Assembly (NCBI GenBank): GCA_963575745.1
Contig: CAUYUJ010000185.1
Location: forward strand, 1-64,000
From: Prorocentrum cordatum
Lineage: Eukaryota
Direction: 5' to 3'
DNA: 64,000 bases
A program made the translations under genes and the position numbers. Position 1 is the first letter of the stretch, and each line of letters opens with the position of its first letter. The notes under the pieces were generated by a model, which did no database searches, was not told where the DNA came from, and saw nothing but the letters and a program-made list of their open reading frames with translations. Below, one piece after another: positions 27,881 through 38,800 of the stretch.

Positions 27881-29288
27881 ACGACGGCGGCGGCGACGAC
27901 GACGACGGCGACTATGACGACGGCGACGACGACGGCGACGGCGACCGCGACGACGACGACGACGACGACGACGACGCCGACGACGCCGACGACGCCGATG
28001 ACGACGACGACGACGGGGGACAAAGAGCACCGATCCCGCCACTCCACAGAGCCTTTTCTGGGGTGCGTCCTGACCAGAATGCCGATCAGAATCCAGCCGC
28101 AACGGCGCGGCACCTCCTGGGCGAGCGGCGGCATCGGCATCTTGTCTTAGGTCGGGCATGTCCCGCTACAGGCGGATTTTAGACGAAAGATAAGGAATAC
28201 CCAAAACATGTTCAAGAATAGCCAGAAATACAACAAAAATCGTCCCCGTGCGACTGTTTACTGTTTTTGAATCTCCCTCCTGTAGAGGGGCACGCCCGAC
28301 TTACATCTGGCCTCCTCATCTTACCCAAAAACTATTCAAAAATGATCAAAAAAGTAGTCGAAAAATCGTCCCCCGACCTATTTTTTGACTACTTCTAGAA
28401 CTTCCTCATGTAGAGGGACGCGCCCGACTCAAACCTTGGCCTCCTCGGGCCTCCGACCCTCCGACCCCCTGCCAGCCGAGCCTCGCGCGCGGCGCACACT
28501 CGGCGGTGAACAAACCTCCCTTTAGTGAACCTCCCCTTAGTGAAAACGGCCCGGGACCGAAACCGACGGACCCGGACCCGCAACAAAAAGACGGCCGCGG
28601 CGCTCCCTCTCGAACCGAAAACGGCCAATTCCTTAATCGACGTGTCAGGGTAGGAGGTCGATCCACCTCCGAAGCACATGCCCGCGGCTGCGCCCTCGCA
28701 GGCCTGGGCTCCCCGGGGGCGCGCTCTAACCCGCGGCGCTGCGCGGAGCCGCGCGAGGCGCTCCGCGCGGGGGGCGGCCGGCAACAAAAAAACGCACGCC
28801 CCACACGTCCGCAGCACTGCGGCCCTGCGGGCCCGGCCAGCACGGCTGTGGCTGATTATTACAGGATGTGCTTCAAACCTAAACCCTAAACCCACGGGAA
28901 TCCCCTCTCCAGCCACGCACCAAGCCCCTCCGACCCTAGCCCGAAGTCGCCGCTGGGCCAGCCCATGTCCGGGGGGGGGGACGTTACGGAACATCGAGAA
29001 GCACGCCGTGGAGCCCCTATATAGTCCTTCCAACCCGACACGCGGGGGCGGGGGGGGGGGCGTGGGACCTTCAGGTTGGGCTGGATATGGTTCGGTATAT
29101 ACCGTGGCTCTCCACGAGAAGTGCGAGAACGGCGCCCGTGCACCGTACCATGCCTGGACTCCGTCCAGGCCCCGCTCCATCGCGGTACGGTGCATAGCTT
29201 GTTCGTCCCCGGAGGTCGAAAGGTTATGCACCGTACCATTCCCGGGCCGAGAATCGACGACGCCACGAGAGGCGCCACCGCGGTACGG

Positions 29289-29319
<31 letters not shown>

Positions 29320-32148
29320 CGTCCGCGGAAGAAAGGGCCCTCCTCGTCGATCCGCCGCAGCTTCTCGTTCCGCACCTCCTCCACCTGGGCGCGGCGGCGG
29401 CGCGCCGGCGCTCGGCACAACCCAGGGAGAGCCGGTGCGCCGGCGGCGGCGGCTCCTCGAGCTGCCCCAGGTCAGCGGACCGATCGGTGTCGCAATAATC
29501 CAGAACGAAAAACAATAAAATTAAAAACAAAAAACAAAAAACAAAAACAAAAAACAAACAAACAAACAAAAAAAACAGCGAATAATAAAAACAACGATGG
29601 CGCCCCGGAGTTGCCCGCGGCCCTCGCACCTCGCGAGGCGAAGAACAGCGAGGCAGCGGCGGCACCGCTGAGGCAGCGGCGCTGAGCCGCGTTAGAAGTC
29701 CAGACACTACATTCATTAAGCCAGGTCACCCCAAACAAGGGTCGGCCAGGGCTTTGGCGCGAAGCCTTCCTCCAGGGCCAGAATGTTCTGGTCGCGACTC
29801 GCATGATCGCCGCTTCCGACCTTGCCTCAATTCGGGGGTCGGTCGCGGCCGGGGTGTTTCAACAACGGCCGCGACCGATCGGTCGCGACCGATCGGTCGC
29901 GACCGGCTGCGACCGATTTGGGGTGCCGACCGGTCGTTACCTACCACGACCGGGAAGATCCGAATCCGATTCTCTGGAAGACCGGCCGCTCAGTAGCTCC
30001 CAAGCCCAGGTCGGCGGGGGGCGGGCAGAGCGCATCTTCCCCACGGGGCTCCCGAAGCCTGGTTGGCCAGAGAGAGAGGGGGAGGAGGAGGAGGAGGAGG
30101 AGGAGGAGGAGGAGGAGGAGGAGGAGGAGGAGGAGGAGGAGGAAGGAGGAGGAGGCGGAGGCGGAGGAGGAGGAGGGGGAGGAGGGGGAGGAGGGTGTCG
30201 TACCCAATCCCTTGGGCACGCGAGGCGGCCATTTATTTCAGTGAACTGCTTGCGCATAAGAACACGTGCGGGACACGCAGAGCTGGGGAAGGAGTCGCGA
30301 AACAATTTGCCAGGCCACGTGCCACACCTCTGCGCGACATGTGTAAAACGGGGGACATGAGTGGAGGAGGAGGACGAAGGAAGAGGGGTGGGGACAAGGA
30401 TAGGGGAACGAACACTGGCATAAACATATAAGCTCGGAGGTCCGCACGGATTTTTCGTCGGATCGGCGCTGGACCCCCCTTCCTGGCGCGCGGAGCGCGC
30501 CGGGGGCGGCGCTGGAGGCGCCGCCAGGGTGGGTCAGGCGCGGATCCCAGAAATCCGCGCGGACCTTCGAGTTCTTATGTTTATGTCATTGTTCGTTCCC
30601 CTAGGACAAGGAGGATGGATATCGAAGGGGAAACTCTCAGAGTGTGCGCCCAACGCTCAGACTGAGTCTTCTCATATGCTTCGTCCCCAGCACGTGCTTG
30701 AAATGCAAGGTCACCCCCAGCATGCGAGGAGTGCTTTCTCGAATCGCGGGCTTCCTACTCTATCCACTGCTGTCGCTTGTCTGCCGGCCCCGAGTGATGC
30801 TCGACAAGCTTGGGACTGTTTTGCGGGGAAGAGCTTGCCAGACGGAGCCGATAAGGAGTCTATGGGGGCCAGCGGGCCGAATGGTGGAGACTCAGAACAT
30901 GTGGTTGGGCTATGGTGAGTCTTAATTAGCATAGTGTTGATTCAGACCTTGCTGTGACGCCATCCTGTTAGGAACCTTGCCTACGGAGTCCCATTCCAGG
31001 CCCAGGGCCGAGCTTTTCGCACAAATCATGCTGCTGACGTTTACTGATGGAGAGTGATTGCGTATTCCGATTGTATGCCCCTGCTTCGGGGTCGCAGCAG
31101 TCCAGCCAACCCCATGCTCGACCTCTGGCTCAGGATCTGGAACCTCCTGGACTCGCGTGAGGGGCCTCTGAAGTTGATCTAGACGAAGACCCATTCGACG
31201 GCTTCGACTCGTGAGTCCTGGGACATCTCGGAGCCTGCAACGTCCTTGAATAGTTGCGACGATTATGTTGCCGGGAAGGCCGGCGCCATCGCTGAGACTC
31301 CCCAGGAGCACGTTGAGGTGCTCGAGGAGGCAGGTGACGTGACCGAGCAGGCCCTTCGCCGTTTCTTCGAGGTGAATCGCGCGAAGTCGCGTGAACCTGC
31401 AGGCGCCTGGCCCCAGGCAGGGGGGTGCAGAGACCCGCGCCCCGCCCGAAGGCCTTGCTCCCTCAGGTCACCAGGGGGCGGAGGCTCCAGACTGTAACTC
31501 TTGTGTATGCAGGTCTATGGTTACGCGAGTCTGGACAGCATGGGGCGGAGGGCCTCCCGCAGATTCCACATTGTCCAGGAATGCCTTGGCGCCTGGGCTA
31601 CTCGGTCGAGACGTCTGGCACCAGGCTTGAGTGTGTGGGTGCCGTGCTGTCGCCCCTTTGAAGCGACTCGTGGCGCGGTTCCCGAGTGCTGCCGCGGTCA
31701 GTGCTTCGGGGCGCGGGGGGTGAGATCCTCGGTCCTCGGGGGAGGGGCGTGAAGCTGCTGCGCTCGCGCACTCTGGGGCCCCCCGCGCGCACTCCTCCCG
31801 CGACCGCGATGTCTTGCGGGGCGCTCTGCATTGCCAAGTGCATGTGGAAAAGGTTCAGGGTCCAGAGCCCCCAGCTCCTCGCCGAGGCGTGCCCGCCCGG
31901 AGGCACTCCCTCCAGGGCGGGCGCCAATGTACTGTGGTGTCGCACCTCCGCCGACATGAATTTTCCCGAGCAGTGCTGTGCAGTGCCGGTCAGGTCGCTC
32001 GCGTCTGCCGCGGCCGCCGTGCAGAGGCTCACTGCTGGTGATCGCGCCCTGGCCAGACCAGGTCCCCGCCACCCGCCCAAGCGACCATCCTCCCCCTCCT
32101 CCTCCTCCTCCTCCTCCTCCTCCTCCTCCTCATCATCATCATCATCAG

Positions 32149-32179
<31 letters not shown>

Positions 32180-32283
32180 ATCATCATCAGCATCATCATC
32201 ATCCTCATCATCCTCATCATCCTCATCGACATCATCACCATCATCATCATCAGCATCATCATCGTCATCATCATCAGCAGCAT

Positions 32284-32348
<65 letters not shown>

Positions 32349-33636
32349 TCATCATCCCCTCTTTCCTCCTCCCCACCTTCTGGGAGATGAGCTCCTGGAG
32401 GGGAGCCGCTGGGGCGCGAGGGGGAGTCTTTGGCGCTCTTGTTGTGGTCGTGGACGCGGCGCTCTGCTTCTCTTCCGTCGGCACTCTACTCTTGACCTTC
32501 AATCGCGCTGCACCGCCCGCTGGGCCGCGGGCTCCCGACTTCGGCTGGAGCGTCGTTTCGATCGCAGTCCTTGCGTTCCTCGCGTTCCAGCTCCGCCTCC
32601 TCCTCCTCCTCCTCCTCCTCCTCCTCCTCCTCCTCCTGCTCCTCCCTCCTCCTCCTCCTCCTCCGCCTCCTCCTCCTCATCCTCCTCCATTCCCGTTCCT
32701 GCTAAACGACCCGTCTCTGTCACACCCCGAGCCGCGTCGGCAGGACGGGCTGGGCGTTTCGCCCGGGAGCCCTTCACGACTCATGCTCCGCAAGCTGAAA
32801 GTATTGCACGAGGTGCCCGGGTGGAGGGCGAGCGGCTCCAAAATGTGGCTCGCGCCGCAGCGCCGCGCACATTCCTCTGAAAAGGCTGCAAGAGATGCAG
32901 AGCGGACGGTGCTTGTTTATGCGGCCCTCGCCTTAGCGCCGCGCGCATTCGCTAGCAAGGTCCGCGAGAGCTTCACGGATGGAGGGCGGCTCCTTTTCAA
33001 TATGTGGTTCTCGCCTAGTGCCGCGCACATTCGCCCTAAAAGCTTGCACGAGCTTCACGGATGGAGGGCATCTCCTTTTCAAAATGTGGCCCTCGCCTTA
33101 GCGCCGCGCGAATGCGTCTTAAGCATTTGCAGCAGGTTGAGTGACTCTTATGGTGAGCGTCCCAGAATTCTCGTGTGTTGGCGCGATGTGGGATGATCAG
33201 GGCGCACAGTTACACTGATCCGCGTGTGAAAGTCCCAGACATGGTGTTATGACAAGGTCCGGGATCGCCCGGACGCAACTATACCGTTTTCGCGGCGTTG
33301 AAGTCCCAAGAATGATGTTCTGGCGCGGCTCAGGATTCTCAGACGGTTGCCGTCCAACGGGACACTTCCCTCCAGTGAAAATGATCCGTGTAGGACCTAT
33401 GAAGTGGAATGTGGAGCGAGGGTTTATTGCAGCATTGCTGGCGAGTCATGGATGTACACTGGTCCTCCTCCTCCTCCTCCTCCTCCTCCTCCACCTCCTC
33501 CTCCTCCTCCTCCTCCTCCTCCTCCTCCTCCTCCTCCTGGCCCTCCTCCTCCTCCTCCTCCTCTTCCTCACCACCACCACCACCACCACCAGCGCGCCAG
33601 CACCATCACCATCATAACCATAATCACCCTCATCAT

Positions 33637-33667
<31 letters not shown>

Positions 33668-33931
33668 AGCATCAGCATCAGCATCATCATCAGCATCAGC
33701 ATCAGCATCATCATCATCATCATCATCAGCAGCACCATCATCAGCATCATCATCGTCAGCATCATCATCAGCATCATCAGCATCATCAGCAGCAGCAGCA
33801 TGATCCGCATCCGCAACCTCCTCGTTTAACCCCTTGTTCGACGGCCTCCCTCTCGCGATGGGCATGGTGGTGATGCGTGTCGTGGGTACGCTCTCGCTGC
33901 CGCTGCTGTACTAAGTCTCTGAGCCCACCCG

Positions 33932-33993
<62 letters not shown>

Positions 33994-35775
33994 CCTCTAT
34001 ATATATATGTACGACAAGGCGCGCCCGTTGCTCCCGATTGCCTCCTTCATTGTTCCTTCCGGCTTGACGACCTCCCCCGAACCCTGGGTCCATGGCCTGC
34101 CTACGGGGCCCGAGAGTGACTACCTACCAGACCACCCCAACCCAACCCGAAGACCCCAATTCCGGGTTGGGGCGGGGTACGGGTTCCATACGTGTGTTTC
34201 CCATGTTCCCCGACCCCCCCCCCCTCCAACTGGAAATGGAGGGCAAATTGAGGCCTTCGGGTTGGGTTGGGGTGGTTTGGTGGGTAGTGAGACAGCCAGG
34301 GGACGGGCCGAGGGGGAGGGGGCGGGCCGTCGAACCGCGCGAGCACCCGTGGACGCGTCGGAAGCCCTTCCTGGCCCTTGCCGTGCCGTCGGGCGTCGGC
34401 CTCCAGAGGCCAGAGGGGTGCCCCCCCCCACGCCCCCCCACAGGGGAGGAGGAGGAGGAGGAGGAGGAGGAGGAGGAGGAGGAGGAGGAGGAGGAGGAGG
34501 AGGGGGAGGAGGGGGAGGAGGGGGAGGAGGAGGAGGAAGAGGAGGAGGAGGAGGAGGAGGAGGAGGAGAGACGAGGGATGAAGAGGGACCCCCCCAGCCC
34601 GCGAGCACTCGTGTCCTTGCGTGCAGCCTAGTAAAACGCTGGTGACGAAGGCTGCACGGCGCGCGGTACCCGCAACCTTGTACGGTAGATATGCGATCGT
34701 TTGAGGCGGTAGCTTGCACGAGTATCACACGGTGCGTTCAGCTGCAGATCACTCCCCACAAAGCAATGCCGAGGACGTCCATCCATACATGCATCATACA
34801 TATCCTCGGCATCCTCCTCATCGCCATCAGCACCAGCATCATACTCACCATCAGCATCAGCATCATCAGCATCAGCAGCATCATCGTCATCATCAGCAGC
34901 ATCAGCATCAGCATCAGCATCATCATCATCATGATCGGCATCTGCATCATCATCATCACCATCATCATCACCATCACAATCAACAGCATCATCATCATCA
35001 GCAGCATCATCAGCATCATCAGTCTCATCATCGTCATCATCGGCACCCGCATCAACCTCATCATCGTCATCAGCATAGTCAGCACCACATTTAGCGTTAT
35101 TTGCATCATAATCACTATCATCAGCATCAGCATGGCCAGCATCAGCACCATCATCATCAGCATCATCATAGTCAGCAGCAGCAGCAGCATCAGCATCAAC
35201 ATCATCACCATGATCATCGGCATCACCATCGCCACCATCATCATCAACATCCTCAAAATCCTCCACTGGTTGCTCCTCATCATCATCCTTATCCTCCTCA
35301 TCATCATCAGCAGCAGCATCAACAACAGCATCATCATCAGCATCATCCACGCGATAACCCTTAGCACCATCAATCATCATAAGCATCACCAGCATCAGCA
35401 GCACCATCATCATCAGCATCATCAGCACCATGATCATCAACATCATCACCATCACAATCACCATCATCATAAGAATCGTCTGCAGCATCAGCATCAGCAT
35501 CAGCATGGCAAGCATCAACATCAACATCAGCATCAACACCAGCATCATCATCAACATCATCAGCATCAGCATCAGCATCAGCATCATCACCATCACCATC
35601 ATCAGCAGCATCCGCATCAGCAGCATAATCAGCATCAGCATCCGCATCAGCATCAGCATCAGCATCATCAGCATCGTCAGCATCATCATCATCAGCATCA
35701 TCATCATCATCATCATCAGCATCATCAACATCAACATCATCATCATCACCACCATCATCATCATCATCATCATCG

Positions 35776-35829
<54 letters not shown>

Positions 35830-38800
35830 CTCCTCCTGGACTGGCAGCAGGGCGGCGGGTCCTGCCTTGCGGTCGACGTGCTTCCTGGTTGCCGTCACCT
35901 CCCCCGCCATGCGGGGCGGAGGTCGGCGAGGAGAAGAGGTCGGCGAGCCCAGGCGCTCTGCCAAGACCAAAATCTTCGACGACATGTGTGTGTTTCAATC
36001 CCGGCGTGTTTCCTCCTCCTCCTTCTCATCCTCCTCCTCCTCCTCTTTCCTCCTCCTCCTCCCTCCTCCTCTTTCCTCCTCATCATCCTCCTCCTTCTCA
36101 TCCTCCTCCTCCTCCTCCTCCCTCCTCCTCCTCCTGCTCCTGCTCCTCCTGCTCCTCCTGCTCCTCCTCCTCCTCCTCCTCCTCCTCCTCCTCCTCCTCC
36201 TCCTCCTCCTCCCTCCTCCTCCTCCTCCTCCTCCTCCTCCCTCCTCCTCCCCCCCCCTCCCCCTCCCTCCCCCAACGACCATGGGCACGTTATCGGGTCC
36301 TGGGACCATCAGAAGTGCATCCAGGGCGACAGAAGTACCACTGAGGAGGCGGCCAGGACCTCTGGGGCCGCGACTTGAACAGATCAGATCGGCGGGTGTC
36401 AAAGAACCTATGTTGTCCTCACGGCCAGCACCGCCACAGTCACCAGAAATATCATGAAAATCGTCGCCATCCTCGTAGTTATTGTCATCATCGCCGCGGT
36501 TGCCACCGCATCACCACCTCACGATGATGATCATCACCAACACCACCATCATCGTCAACAGCATAAACAACCTCAACAGCACAGTCATCCACCACGCTCC
36601 GCATCTACATGAGCTGCATTACCACGTATCATCCGCATCACGCAGCAGCAGGCATTGTCTAAATCCTCGTCTCCATCACCACCAGCACTCTATGCGCAAG
36701 CGGTTTCGGGATTTTCGTTTCCAGCTCACTCCTTCCCTTCGGGGACGGGCTTGCCCCTCGGCTGTGAACTGGAGATCGCTGGCACCCTGGCGCGGCGGCT
36801 GCACCTGGCCAACCGCGGAGAGAAGGAGGAGCCACGGATGAAAGCCCTGGTCGAGCGCAGCCTCCGACTTGACAATCGGGGGTGCCTCTTGTGACCTGTT
36901 TGGATCTCTCCTGTGGTGGCCTCTGGGCCCTGCTGAGGCCCTCTGGAGGCGCCCGCTGGGTCTTCTTGGGGCCTTGGAGGCCGACCCGGGGCCGCGATGG
37001 GGCGGGTGCGAAAATCCCAGATAGGTCCGGCCTCTGCTCGACTCTTAGGGTGGCGAAGAGGGCCCTCCAGAAGCCCAGACAAGACGAAAACTACAAAGCC
37101 TCCTCCTCCTCCTCCTCCACCTACTCTTCCTCCTCACCCTCCTCCTCCTCGTCCTCCTCCTCCTCCTCCTCCCTCCTCCTCCTCTTCCTCCTCCTCCTCG
37201 TCCTCGTCCTCGTCATCCTCCTCCTCCCTCCTCCTCACCACCTCCTCCTCCCTCCTCCTCCTCCTCGTCCTCACCCTCCTCCTCCTCCTCCTCCTCCTCG
37301 TCCTCCTCCTCCCTCCTCCTCCTCGTCCTCCTCCTCCTCCTTCTCCTTCTCCTTCTCCTCCTCCGTGTTATGTGTTGTGTCATCGTTCTCTGCCTCATCA
37401 GTATTATCATGTGGCCCTTCTCCTTGATCCTCATTATCATTAGTTTCCTTATTATCATCCTGATTAGCATGACTGTTTGTATGGTGTTCCTTGTCAGTAT
37501 CCTTGTATCCTCCTTCCCCTCCTACGTCTCCTCCTCCTCCTCCCTCTCCTCCTCCTCTTCCTCCTCCTCCTCCGTCTCAACCTCCTCCTCCTCCACCTCA
37601 TCCACCTCCGCCTCCTATGCCGCCTCCACCTTCTCATATCACTAGGTTTACTGCTTGTAGGATGTGTAGTTGTAGGACTAATGATACTGCTCCTATACAA
37701 ATGTGGTTCACGTTATTAGTGTTACGTTTACTCTTGAATAGCACTAGGCTGAGGATTATTAATTTCCGTTGTGGGACTAATGAAAAATGTCAAGAATACT
37801 CATGTTGTGACAGGGATAGTAGTCGTAAGGTTGTTATTATTGTTCATATTCGTAGTACTGTTCCCGGAATCTGGGTTAGTCTTAGTCGTACTAGTCATGT
37901 TAGTATTAGTAACCGTCGTCATCGTGTTATTCCTACTCATAATGTGATCCCCCTTCCCTGTGCAGTGGTCTTAGTGCTAGTCCTATTATTCGCACTAGTG
38001 TCCTTACAACTACGATTACGTTTATTATGATTACGGCTCGTACTAATAGTCGTATTAGTATTCCCATCATTGGTATTACTAGTATATAAACACATACAAA
38101 CGCATGGTCGTTACGAATGCAAGCTCTAATTATAGTATGATTAATGATGGTAGTAGTGTTACCAACAGTCGTTCGCACTATTATTCTTATTACTAGTAAG
38201 GAAACTATGGATGACACTATGGAAAATCCTCCTCCTCCTCCTCCTCGGCCTCCTCCTCCCCCTCATCATCCTCCTCCGCCTCCTCGTCCTCTTCCTGGGC
38301 CTCCTCCTCCGCCTCCTTTTCCTCCTACTCCTCCGCCTCTTCCTCCCTTCCCCTTTCTCCTCCTCCTCCTCCTCCTCTGTCTCCTCCTCCTCCTCCTCCT
38401 CATCCTCCTCCTCGTTCCTTCTGTCCGTCCTTCCTTCACTCATTTCTCCGCCTCCTCCTCCTCCTCCTCCTCCTCCTCCTCCTCTGTCCTTCCTCCTTCC
38501 ACCTCCTCCTCCTCCTCCTCCCTCCTCCCCCCCTCGTGCGGCTGGAGGTGTGGCAGAAACGCACGCCGTGTTCTTGCCCACGGCGCCTGGATCTGAGGGA
38601 ATTCGGCAGCCCCCGACCTGAGGGGCAACGGTAGGAGAGGGAGACTGGCGTAGGGGCAGAGGACACCGACCTGGAGTCGGCGATACATCGCCGATAGAGC
38701 GGCGATGGGCCCCTGTTGCGAATCCGCACCTTCCTGAGCGGGGTGGGACTACCAGAACCCTGTTAGTGAAGGGGCCCCAGGACACACAAATAAATACACA

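Noticed and set aside
28875..28893. aaacctaaaccctaaaccc, and gttagggttaggg at ~20178, as telomeric repeat
   Set aside because: Only two to three imperfect units; too short to support an interstitial telomere.
31246..31497. DD...N..KS pattern read as a reverse-transcriptase YxDD motif
   Set aside because: The upstream motifs show this is the C-terminal GNxxAD motif of RNase H, not RT.
32800..33130. ~81-bp periodic units, and the 153-bp repeat at 15320-15700, as a CRISPR-like array
   Set aside because: Whole units are homologous, there are no unique spacers and no cas genes, and the context is eukaryotic.
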